Shown piece by piece: positions 52,345-64,000 of a stretch of 64,000 bases of DNA. The position numbers and the translations under genes were made by a program. Within the stretch, counting starts at the first letter, position 1. The number at the start of each line of letters is the position of its first letter. Below the pieces are notes generated by a model, which searched no databases, was not told the DNA's origin, and saw nothing but the letters and a program-made list of their open reading frames with translations. Origin of the DNA: Octopus sinensis (lineage: Eukaryota); NCBI RefSeq assembly GCF_006345805.1, contig NC_042999.1, positions 87,172,001 through 87,236,000 on the forward strand, in the 5' to 3' direction.

Positions 52345-53423
52345 GGTTAGTTTTGACTTACTCGGTTGTTTCATGAGTTAATATATCCAAATGATTCTGT
52401 AAACTATGGAACAAATGGTAATCAGAAGGAGCAAGGTCTGGGAAATAATGTGGTTGAATAATTTTCTCCCAGCCAAGTTCTTTAATCTTCAGTGATGTTA
52501 TCTTTGAAGTGTGGGGGTTTTGCTTTGTCCTGATGAAACAACACTCCCTCTTGGTTCACTAAGTTGGGACTTTTTTTCTTCAAAGCAGCATGCAAACACT
52601 CTAATTGCTGACAGTAGATTTGAACATTGATTGTTGCATTAGTTGGTGGCAACTCAAAGTGGATGCCTCCTTTGGAATCCCACCAAAGAGAGAGAAGAGC
52701 CTTCTTCACATGGAGTTCCCATTCTGGTTGTGGTTGGGCCCTTTTCCCCTCATCAAGCTAATGTCTAGGACTCTTAACATTTTGGTAGTGGACCCATTTT
52801 TCATCACCAGTCACCTTTCTGTCCCACAAGAATGAAGAGAAGAGCCGAAGTCCACTTGGTATTTGCGGTTGGCTTAAGACACTTCATGAGGCCCCCGTTT
52901 GCGAGTTTGGGGCCTTCGCAAGCTCTTGAAGAAAGTGGTGAACAGTTGTATGACATGAGCGAAGTTTGCTTGCCAATTATTCAACTGAAACTGTGTGATC
53001 TTTTTCAAGTTCTCCCAAAATGAGCTAGTCATCAAACTCAATTGGACGTTCTGTTCTAGCCTCATCTTTAAGCCTGAAATTTCCAAATCTGAATTTTACA
53101 AAACATCTTCTGCAAGTTCTTTTATTTACGCACTCTTGTCCATAAGCTGGGTGAATATTTTGAGTCGTTTCAGTTGCAGAGTTCCCTTTTGTAAACTCAT
53201 AATGTATTATATGCCTCAAATGCTCCTTAGACTATTCCATGTTTAAAGAGCTCTGATTAATGAAATTTCAATTAGATTATCCTGCAAAATGAAATTTAAT
53301 TAGTTGAAATATGTTCAAATACATATAAATGATACTTGTTGTCATTAGACATTCTAAAATACTGTTAAACCGTTTAGAATTTGACAATAAACAAGTCCGG
53401 ACATTACTTATGGGATGACCTGA
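52345..53423 (-). mobile_element. Degraded mariner transposon
   Basis: MRHIIHYEFTKGNSATE.., DEKWV, KKALLSLWWD, PSDYHLF motifs; terminal tcaggtcatcccataag next to TA. Confidence 0.85.
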
Positions 53424-54464
53424 TATATATGTTCACAACAAAGGCAGTATTAATACTAAGAGATAATATTTATGCCCACTTAAATGTGGATGTTCTGTTA
53501 GAACAGACTAACATGGTATCTACCACAGTATAGTTTATTCTAACAGAATATCCATGTTTAAGTGGGGATGCCAGCATGGAAAATGGACATTAAATGATGA
53601 TGATGATGACATACAACAAACTTCCTCATAGCTTCTCTCTGACAAATTCCGTCAGCCTTCCCTCTAACAAATTCTGTCAATCTGATGCTATGATAGAAGA
53701 CATTTGCCCTACAAGTGCCATAGGGCTGAACTTAAAACAGACCCATGTGGTTGTGAGTAAACTTCTTAACTACATATCCATATTGCTATTTTCTTTTGGA
53801 AGTACTTCAAAGTCAGACCTATGAATGTTCATCCTTCCAAATTTATGATGAAATAAAATAAACCTATTCGTCAGCATAAGATCTTTTTAATAAGAGGGGA
53901 GTGTGCATTAAAGTAGCAATAGCCATTTTAAAAGTACAGATTTCCTCTAATGTCTATTTTATTTGAAGTTATGTTCTTAAATGATGAAATTTGAAGTATT
54001 TTGCTTCTGTTATAAAATAATATGAATTTTCCATAATAATTATCTTAGCCAATATTAGTGAAATGTTTTTGATAAAACAAAATGATAACAATTATAATAA
54101 TAATTTTTAATTTGACTCAGTTTCTTTGACCATTGCAAAGAGAAAATTTTTTGTAATGACTTGTTGCTAAGAAACAATGCTATGTCATGAGAAAAGGTCA
54201 ACAGGTCAGATCATTCTCAAGTGGATGCACATTAAAAACTAGTAGTCATTCGTTTGAGAGGAAAACTGATACTAGAAACATGGCTGTTTTCTTGATGAGA
54301 TAGTTTAAAATTCTCACAGTTTAATAGAGAATTGATTGGATTTCACAATTTCAAATATGAGTTTTAAAAGATAGGATGTAAAATAAAGTGAAATAACAGT
54401 AAAACATTGAAATATGTATAAATCATCATCATCATCATCACCATCACCATCACCATCATCATCA

Positions 54465-55790
54465 TCATTTAATGTCTGTTTTCCATGCTGGAAACTGGTA
54501 AGCTGAGGAGCTGCACCAGGTTCCAATCTGATTTGGCATGGTTTCTACAGATGATGCCCTTCCTAATGCCAACCACTCCAAGAGGGTATCAGGTGCTTTT
54601 TACATGCCAGATACTAAATACCAGCATCAGACATGACTACAATCTCACTTGGCTTGACAGGTCTTCTCAAGCACGGTATATTGTCAAAGGTCTCAGTTAC
54701 TTGTCACTGCCTCCGTGAGTCCCAAAGTTTGAAGGGTACTTTTTATGTGCTGCTGGCTTGGATGCCAGTTTTGCAACACTAGCATCGACCATGACTACAA
54801 TTTCACATGGCTTGACAGGTCTTCTCAAGCACAGCATATTACAAAAGATCTCAGTCACTTGTCATTGTCTCCGTGAGGCCAAATATTCAAAGATCATGCT
54901 TCACCACCTTGTCCCATATCTTTCTGGATCTACCTCTTCCATAGGTTCCCTCCATTGTTAGAGATCAGCTCTCCTTCACGCAGCTGTCCTTGTCCATATG
55001 CATCACATAACCATACCAGCACAGTCAACTCTCTTCTACACCACATCTGATGCCACATGTGCCCAACTTTTCTCTCAAGATGCTTACACTCTATCATGCA
55101 TGTGCACTGACATTGCACATCCAGTGAAGCACACTGGTTTCATTTCTTTCAAGCCTTCATATGTGTCCTTGGCAGTCACAGCCCAGGTTTCACTGCTGTG
55201 TAGCATGGCTGTTTGCACACAGGTATCATACAATCTGTCTTTTACTCTCAGGGAGAGGCCCTTTGTTACCAACAGAGGTAGGAGCTCTCTGAACTTTGCT
55301 CAGCCTATTCTTATTCTAGCAGCTACACTCTCAGAGCATCCACTTCTGCTACTGACTCGGTCACCTAGGTAACAGAAGCTGTCAACTATTTCTAGTTTTC
55401 CCCATTGGCATTTGATGGAGTCTATTTTCTATATATTTTTAGTGATTATTGTACCTGTGCACCTTTTAGACACAAAAACTATTTTCCCTGTTTCTTCTGA
55501 TATTGCTGTACCTCTTATGTATCCATAGCTTACACATCTTATGAAGTTTCTGTCTATGCCATTTCTACAGATTGAGCAGGGCCATCTACTTGAAGGGATT
55601 TGTGATTTGTATGCTCTCTTACTTACTAAGACTTTGATTTTTGCTAGATTAACTCTAAGGCCCTTTGATTCTAGACCATGTTTCCATGCCTGGAAAGTCA
55701 TCAGTAAAGAAGATCTCTCAGGGGCATTCTGTCTTAAATTCCTCTATTATTGCCTGGAGGACTATGATGAACAAGAGGACTGATCCTTGG
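54465..55790 (-). mobile_element. Degraded RTE-LINE (RT 3' half plus tail)
   Basis: LESKGLRVNLAKIKV, KGLSLRVKDRLYDTCVQTAMLHSSETW. Confidence 0.85.
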
Positions 55791-56867
55791 TGAACCCCTA
55801 CTTGTACCCTTTAAAATTTTGGCACAAGACTAGCGGTTTTGGTGGAGGGATCATGTTGATTAAATTGGCCCCAGTGCTCAACTGGTTTTTATTTTATTAA
55901 CCCTGAAAGGATAAAAGGCAAAGTTAACTTTGTCAGAATTTGAACTCAGAATGTAAAGATGTATGAAATGCCACTATGCATTTCACCTGGCTTGCTAACA
56001 AGTCTACCAGTTCACTGCTGTACATTAAAATATGAATAACATAGAATAGTGTACAACTTTAGTCTTAATGAGAAATTTGAGAAATTCTTATGAGCAATAG
56101 ATTATTGATAGATGAATTAATAAAAGGCCAAGTCTGATTTATTGTACATAGTTTGCTATGTCACAATTTTTGATTTAATATGTGCCTATAAGAATTTAGA
56201 CTCTCATTCCTGCAGTCTAAATAGTTGTGGAGTGATATGATGAGCCAAAATAGAAATAGATATTCATGATACCTGTAGTTATCTTGTAGTAGAAATCATG
56301 GAAAAATTGGGTATTCTCTAGCAATTGATCTTAAAAGATTGACCTTAGTTTGAAATGCTTGTAAATTATGAGATAATTATTTATAGATGCTACACTTTCA
56401 CAAGATATTTTTAGAATATTCTCATATCAACATATTGAAAATACCTAAGTATTCCCCTGGCTAAAGATGATATTTCTGGACAGAATAGAAGGAAGCCGTA
56501 TTCAGTTTATTTTAATATGGTAGGGTTAGTGAATTATATTATCATTAACTTGTGAATAAAATATTAGAGAATGTTGTCGGCTAGTTCTAGTTAGTGCAGT
56601 CAAAATTGATTTTTAGTAGGAAGATTAAAAAAAAAAATGAATACTTAAAAATTATTCTCAAATTTTCAGTGCCAGATATGGTCTGTTGGGATTTATTTTC
56701 CCAATACTTTCAGAATGCAAAGCTGAACCATTTCAACAGAATTCAGTCCTAAAAATTTCAGCTTTAGAAACTTCATTTACTATTCAGCTTAGTAAGTTAG
56801 CTCTGAGCCTTACTTTTTATGAATTTGTATATTAGTAATCTTTTTGAGAATAGAAAATAAATAATCT

Positions 56868-57430
56868 ATTTGCCAATGTAAATTGGCAGTCCTGGTTAGG
56901 ACGATGTTACTACTTTTTTTTAGCCCCAGTTGTGTGCCGGTAGCCAACTGGAAAAGATGTTTTCCTGGGGCTAAATCAGTCTTAATCAGGACTGTCAATT
57001 TACATTGGCAAATAGATTTTACTCTGTAGTACTGTTATAACTTCTCACTCAGAGATTTAAAACTAATTGTTTTCCTCTTTATGAGATCAGTGACTATGTG
57101 TCACTTTAAAAGTATATACCTCAAGCAAGGCCTAATGCTGCCATCTCTAGCCAATGGTTATCCTGTGCTGATGAAGAGAAATAACCGAGAAACCATGGTC
57201 CACAGGTACTGTTTCAGGCTGAGTGGGGACATTAGCTTCCTTGTTCGAGGTATAAGGATGCAGTTGTGCATCAGTAGCCATCTGGAAAAGATATTTTCCT
57301 GGTGCTAAAAAAAGGCAGTAACATCGTTCTAATCAGGACTGCCAATTTACGTTGGCATATAGATTTTACTCTGTATTACTGTTACTACTAACTTCTCGTT
57401 CAGTGATTTAAAACTGATTGTTTTCTTTTT
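56868..57430 (+). mobile_element. Non-coding element with inverted and direct terminal repeats and a central hammerhead (retrozyme/Penelope pLTR-like)
   Basis: 56935-57075 repeated at 57265-57430; 56868-56928 inverted; hammerhead at 57162-57206. Confidence 0.65.
57162..57206 (+). ncRNA. Type-I hammerhead ribozyme (stem II degenerate)
   Basis: cctgtg-CTGATGA-agagaaataaccga-GAAAC-catg-GTC-cacagg; perfect 6-bp stem I, palindromic stem III ACCATGGT. Confidence 0.7.
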
Positions 57431-57447
57431 TAAAATAAATAATAATA

Positions 57448-58757
57448 TAATAATCATTTCTACTTTGGGCACAAGACCTGAAACTTTTGGGAAGGGGCCT
57501 AGCCAATTACATTGCCCCCAAACCAATGCTTAACTGATACTTATTTCATAGATTCCAAAAGGATGAAAGGCAAAGTCAACCTCGGCAGAATTTGAACTCA
57601 GACTGTAAAGACAGACGAAATGCCACTAAGCATTTTGTCCTGCATGCTGTTTCTGCAAACTCACCACCTTATAAATAATTATTTCTACTATAGGTACAAG
57701 GTCTGAAATTTTGGGGGAGGGCACCACTCAATTACATTGATCCTGGTGCACAACTGGTACTTATTTTATTGATCCTCAAAGGATGAAAGGCAAAGGCAAA
57801 GATGACCTCAGTGGACTCTGTACTCAGAATATAAAGACGGATGAATGCCATGAAGCATTTTTCCTGCACGCTAATGTTTCTGCAAACTCACCACTTTATA
57901 GATAATCCTTGCTACTGTTGGCACAAGGACTTAAATTTTGGTGGGGGTTAGTTGATTATATAAACCCCAGTGTGCAACTGGTACTTATTTTATTGACCTC
58001 GAAAGGATGGAAGGCAAAGTTGACCTTGGCAGAATTTGATCTCAGAGTGTAAGGATGGATGAAATGCTGCTAAACATTTTGTCCTGTGTGCTAACAATCT
58101 TGGTAATTAATATAAATAATAATAATCCTTTCAAGGCCTGAAATTTTGGGGGAGGGGCCAGTCAATTAGATTGACCCCAGTATACAACTGGTGCTTAATT
58201 TATCAACCCCCCCACCCCTGAAAGGATGAAAGGCAAAGTTGGCCTCGGCAGATTTGAACTCAGAACGTTAAGACAGATGAAATGCCTCTAAGCATTTTGC
58301 CTGGACTGCTAATGATTCTGCTAGCTTGCCGCCTTAATAACAATACTAACAATCCTTTCTACTATAAACACAAGGCCTGATATTTGCGGGGAGGAGCTAA
58401 GTCAATTACATTGAGCTCAGTGAAACACTGGTACTTATTTTTTTGACCCCGAAAGTATGAAAGGCAAAGTCGATCTCAGTGGAATTTGAACTCAAAATCT
58501 TAAGATGGATGAAATGCTGTTAAGTATTTTGCTCAGTGTGCTAACAATTCTGTCAGCTGGGCACCTCAATAATAATAATGATAATAATAATAATAATAAT
58601 AATAATAACAGCAATAATAATCTTTACTACTATAGGCACAAGGCCTGAAATTTTGGGGGAGGGAACAGTCAACTAGATTGACTCCATTATGGAACTGGTA
58701 CTTAATTTATTGACCCTAAAAGAATGAAAGGCAAAGTCAACCTAGGCAGAATTTGAT
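57448..58757 (-). repeat. Head-to-tail array of six SINE family C copies (~220 bp; last one truncated)
   Basis: Repeated ggcacaag..ctgaaattttggggga..ggatgaaaggcaaagt units separated by (AAT)n. Confidence 0.9.
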
Positions 58758-58829
58758 AACAACAACAACAACAACAATAATAATAATAATAATAATAATA
58801 ATGATAATAATAATAGCTTAATACTGGAA

Positions 58830-59250
58830 TATAACTTAAAGATGGATTATATGGATTGAAAGGGTATTGTGGAGAACAAATGAAGATTTTATAAAAATTA
58901 TTGGTGTATATTTAAATGATATAAAACTCAGGGTTTATTTTAAAGTAGTAATGAAACTAGGAAGTAGATAGAAAGATTGTCAAATGGTCAGCAAATTCTT
59001 CAACTTGAATTGTTCTGAGGAAAAGTGGAGCTTCATATCTTGTTTATATTTAAAGTTTGATCAGTGTATAAAGGCATTTATTGTAAAGAAGTATAATCTA
59101 CTGAATAATTTGAGTAATTTTTTTAACTTCACAGAAGAAATTAAATTAATAGCATTAACAATGAAGAGATAAAGTCCAAGATGAAATATTTACTAAGGGA
59201 GAAGTATTTAGGGCTAACAGATTAAAACGAGAGAGTTGTTCAAACCGAAG
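58830..59250 (+). mobile_element. Possible ancient L1/Tx1 RT C-terminal relic
   Basis: IKIIGVYLN and KIVKWSANSST fragments only. Confidence 0.3.
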
Positions 59251-59818
59251 AAAATTTGTAACGATTTACCGGACATTGGAGAGTGGTCGGTGGCACACAC
59301 CCACAAATGCAATGAAATTTTGATTTAATAAATACTTTTTATTTAAAACTGTATTTATTTACTGTTAATATAAGATCAATTTGAAATATATACCAGTTTC
59401 TTCTACATATTGAAAACCTGTTACACATTTTAGTAGTTCTAAATTGATAACTGGGGTTGAACCCTCATCGTTCATTTTCAATTCTTGTGCAAAGAAGTGG
59501 GTGCAGTGAAAACTTGTAGTAATAAGACAAATTAAAACCCTCTCTGCATAAACACTCGTGTTATAGTGTTATAATGTAATAATGATATTGCCAGCCAGTC
59601 TCCATTGTTTTCAATGATAATATGTTTATTTTAGACAATACAATCTTAAGACTTTTGTACATTTTCTGCCTGTTTATTAACAGGACATTTTAATTTGAAC
59701 ATAAGTATTGTGATATCCTGTTTCAGTATTTATGTCATATAACCGGTTGTGACAGTAAACAATAAAGCATCTTATTGTCTACTTCCATAAATAATCCTCC
59801 CTCCTCAAGTGATTATAG

Positions 59819-59864
59819 ATTCATTCTTTCTATGATTTGCGGAAAGAAAAAAGTCGGGTATTAT
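59819..59864 (+). CDS. Candidate late exon (RFILSMICGKKKVGYY or IHSFYDLRKEKSRVL), followed by a 64-nt intron-like gap and an acceptor at 59928
   Basis: tatAG acceptor, GTGAGT donor, gtctttgtttacAG downstream. Confidence 0.3.
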
Positions 59865-61953
59865 GTGAGTCATGGATGGAGGTATTACTTATGCTTGCTT
59901 GTATCAATCGGTTTGTCTTTGTTTACAGTTTTAGTTGGGATCATGGCCGATTTCATTTGTAACATTAAAAACCGACTGTTATTCTCAGCTTGGAGATAAA
60001 ACGTGTTTCATTAAAAGAAAAGACAAAAAAAACTTTTGTAAATTTTAGAAGTCTTTGTTACTGTCGTTGTTTAATTAAGCCTACCAGGTCTACCCTTTTT
60101 TTACATATACTATGTACTCCAGGCATTTAAAACATTTTCCTGACAGATTTGGCTGCTATTTTTTTAGTAGTGATTCGCATTAGTATTGTTGCTTTATTAA
60201 ATGTTCACGTCTTAAGGAATTGGAAGAAAATATGGACACCTCGCAATCTTTTAATTCACATAGTTGCTATTAGAAAGAATGGTGCAACAAGTGGTGATGT
60301 TACTGTACTGATCACAGACAAACCCCACTTTTTTTTTCTAATTAGAAGATTTCACCTTTCTTTAAGTCTTGCTCAGTAATGTACAGTCTCTAGTTGAAGT
60401 TTAAATTTATACGAAGCCGTGAAATGAAAATACACACTTAAATATAGTAGGAAAATCGTCTTGAGTATTGATTAATTTCGTCTGAACACAAGACTGAAGT
60501 TTGTAATAGTGAACGTGTAATCGATCGAACCGAAACTTATTTTATCGATCCGGAAGGATGAAATGCAAAGTTAACCCTAACAAAACTTGAATTCGTAATT
60601 GAGTTCAGAACTGTTAAGGATTTTTAGGCTGACAGTCTACTAATATGGACAACCTCCGAATCATGAATATTGGTGCGTTTTGATAAGGTACAAAGCAAAT
60701 TGTTAAAGATATACAGCCGATGTTATCGATCTCAGTAACTAATTGGTATTTATTTTATCGATCCTTAGGTAATGAAGGTAAAGTTGTTCCGGTAGGATTT
60801 GAACCCGGGACCCAGTGGGTAGAACCTAAATATTACTATTTTGTATTTAGTCATCTTTCTAATGACTCAGTCACTTCTATCGCCTGCTACACCGCTAGTG
60901 GTTAATCATTACTGACATCAGCCATTTTTTTTTTATAAACGAATTTGTCGTAACTTTTAATAGCATTATCATTCCTCGTAATTAATTGTTTCTTGCATTA
61001 AGATGAAATGTGAAAATTTTTTGTGAATTTCTACGATTATCCGATATTAAGGCGTCTTTTATAAGGTAAACGGAAATAGAATCTGAAGGGAAAAGCCAGA
61101 GAAAAAGCCACAATTCTGGCTAGGTAGAAAAGTTACAGGAAAAAAAAAAAAAGGTTTTGTTTTTCAGAATTAAAAACCCATAAGTAATAATTAACTCAAG
61201 CCAATATTTTGAGCAGCTTATTAACCGTCAATTCACGACTTGTATGTAATAACAAATTTTATATAATGGCATTACATGTCTGTGGAAAATATCGCGTTTC
61301 ATTTTAATATCTTAAATAAAATAATGAAACTAACAAAATCATTAAAACAATAGCTTATTGAAACCTTCTTGTGACTTTTGCCCTGAATTCCCTTTAAAGG
61401 GTATATAAAAATATAAACGAATGGAAATGGCTCCCACTAGAATTCGAACCTGGATAGCAGACAAAGCCGCCTTCCCCAGAGGCTTTTGTTGTAACGATTT
61501 GTTTTTCTTTTCCTTCATCGAACCTACGCTAAATAACATAGATTGTATAAAATTTTTCCTGATCATTATCTCATTCAGATTTTCAAACTATTGTAAACCG
61601 AATGAAAGTGTCTTCCCTTTTCTTTTTAATAACTGAAATATACCGGCATAAAGATTATTACGTTTGTATACCGTTTCAAAAGACTTAAATATACAATTGT
61701 AATTTCAATCTGAATACCTTGAGGAAAATTTACAAAACGGGAAATAATAGTCCTCAAATCTTTAATACACAATATTTAATTTTATAAAATAGAGAAACTA
61801 TCGCTATAAACACGGTAAGCTATCAGCACGGTGTCTAATATTGCACTATTAGCAAAGGGAAATAATGATTATATGGGAAATACACACGCTATGTTTGTTA
61901 CCTCCCTTAGATTATACCTCTCCACCTATTTTCATTAAACTTCGGGAACTTTG

Positions 61954-61981
61954 ATGGCGCGAGTTTTCCATACTGTTGTCG
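61954..61981 (+). CDS. Candidate first coding exon (MARVFHTVV-)
   Basis: ATGGCG start in CpG-rich context, followed by G/GTAAGA donor. Confidence 0.3.
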
Positions 61982-63039
61982 GTAAGAATGCTTCTAACTC
62001 TTAAAAAATACCTTAGTTATATAGTCAGTATCATCTTCCATGGTTTGTTTATCTATTATTGATTATACCGGTTTGCAGTTGGTTCGATACGATCAGCTCT
62101 TGGGTGTCTTTTAGTTCGGTTCTGTTGTTTACAACCAGCAGTAGTTAGACGTCTACACTAGATGACTGTCACTCTGGCCGAGCTTTTCTTATCTTCCACC
62201 TTTCTTCTTTTGACCTAGGCTTCCGTCTTTAAATTTTCCCCTTTTCAACCCTTTATTGATGTTATTATTTACATTACAATTACATACATTAAACAGCTTC
62301 CGATAATTTGTTTTTTTAAATATACCATCATATTGATTTCATTTTTTTTTTTCATCTCCACCAATCCGTAAAAAAAAAGTGCTGCCCCCTGTTGTGTCTG
62401 TATTTATGTATTTGTATGTATGTGTGTATATATTATATATATATACATGTTTGTGTTTGTTTATATGCATATTTTATTGAGTTGTCTCGCACTGAGTCAT
62501 GTGTTGTCTAATATTTCTATTCTTCCTGTATATAAGCTCATCAGAGTATTACCAAATATTAATAGTTTTGTGTAATAAGCGTTCTACATTCTTTCTGTTC
62601 ATCTCGTTTATTATAAAAATATTTGTATTAATCACGTGGCATGTTAAAGGTTTTAAAGTTAATTTTACTGTTATACACACGTATAATATATATTTTTTTG
62701 CCGATCGACTATTGTGCATGTCTAGCTAGCTGTTAATGTCTATCGTATCTAATTGGATGTTTTATGAGAGCAGTGCATGTATATATATACTGACAGACTC
62801 GATGTTTCAGCGGTTTTCATGGCCTATGTCTTGAGTAAGCATGACACACACACAAACACTTATATTTGTGTGTTTGTGTAAAGTGTGTGCGTGTGTTTGT
62901 ACTTGCGTGCTCTGTCTCAAATACTAATTACTTATTCAGTTCTAGTAGTTTTTCTTTGTATATTTATTCATACTGCTATTGCCGTTCACTTCCTCCCTCC
63001 GTCACAATAATTACACAACTAATTTCCGCCTCTTGTGTG

Positions 63040-63042
63040 TGA

Positions 63043-63087
<45 letters not shown>

Positions 63088-63195
63088 TTTATGTATATAT
63101 GTATGTATATATATATATATATATATATAAATATTTATGTATATATGTATGTATATATATATATATATATATATATAAATATTTATGTATATATG

Positions 63196-63237
<42 letters not shown>

Positions 63238-63330
63238 TTTATGTATATATGTATGTATATATATATATATATAATAAATATTTATGTATATATGTATGTA
63301 TATATATATATAAATATTTATGTATATATG

Positions 63331-63362
<32 letters not shown>

Positions 63363-64000
63363 AATATTTATGTATATATGTATGTGTATATATATATATA
63401 TATAAATATTTATGTATATATGTATGTGTATATATATATATATATATAAATAAGTATTTATGTATATATGTATGTGTATATATATATATATATAAATATT
63501 TATGTATATATGTATGTGTATATATATATATTTATGTATATATATGTAATATATAAATATTTATGTATATATATGTATATATATATATGAATATTTATGT
63601 ATATATATGTATATATATATATAAATATTTGTGTATATGTATGTGTGTATACATATATAAATATTTATGTATGTGTATATATATATAAATATTTATGTAT
63701 ATATATATGTGTATATATATATATAAATATTTATGTATATATGTATGTGTATATATATATATAAATATTTATGTATATATGTTTGTGTGTATATGTATAT
63801 ATATTTATGTATATATGTATGTGTGTATATATACTTATGTATATATGTATGCGTGTGTATATATATTTATGTATATATATTTATATATATGTATATGTGT
63901 GTATATATTTATTTATGTATATATGTGTGTATATATATATTTATGTATATATCATATTTGTGTATATATATATATTTATATATATATATATATAAACATG
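63040..64000. repeat. TA-rich minisatellite, ~35-45 bp unit taaatatttatgtatatatgtatg(ta)n
   Basis: Unit repeated about 20 times with variable TA length. Confidence 0.9.

Larger units (their letters stand above)
59230..62760. promoter_or_regulatory. CpG-retaining, repeat-poor zone, probably an unmethylated promoter/intergenic region
   Basis: CG dinucleotides visibly frequent compared with the rest of the window; candidate ATG exon at 61954. Confidence 0.45.

Noticed and set aside
57448-58757. CRISPR-like or gene-like periodic array
   Set aside because: Units are whole SINEs; eukaryotic context, no spacers or cas genes
59394-59517. Minus-strand exon candidate FHCTHFFAQELKMNDEGSTPVINLELLKCVTGFQYVEET
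   Set aside because: Unrecognised peptide and moderate splice sites; a divergent minus-strand gene cannot be excluded but is unsupported
61425-61480. tRNA gene on the minus strand (GGTTCGAATTC B-box)
   Set aside because: No A-box/D-arm or acceptor stem; at most a SINE or tRNA relic

Overview
Eukaryotic, AT-rich, repeat-saturated animal DNA. The repeat families resemble those of Octopus (coleoid cephalopod); this is recognition from memory, not a database search. No complete gene is visible. Most ORF-track entries are microsatellite translations or decayed transposon ORFs. Content: tRNA-derived SINEs (3 families), many RTE-LINE tails, a CR1/L2-type LINE, R4/Dong-like restriction-endonuclease retrotransposons in (CATA)n microsatellites, Gypsy pol debris, a young solo LTR, three mariner fossils, MITEs and a hAT fossil. 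Retroelements are mostly on the minus strand and CpG is depleted until ~59 kb. This fits a mainly intronic region of a plus-strand gene (a few low-confidence candidate exons), followed by a CpG-retaining promoter-like zone at ~59-63 kb. The most notable signal is several unrelated non-coding repeat families carrying minimal type-I hammerhead ribozymes with palindromic, dimer-type stem III, one of them behind a tRNA-like head, together with about a dozen diverged fold-back duplications. Two of the fold-backs turn around in the same ribozyme-like hairpin.
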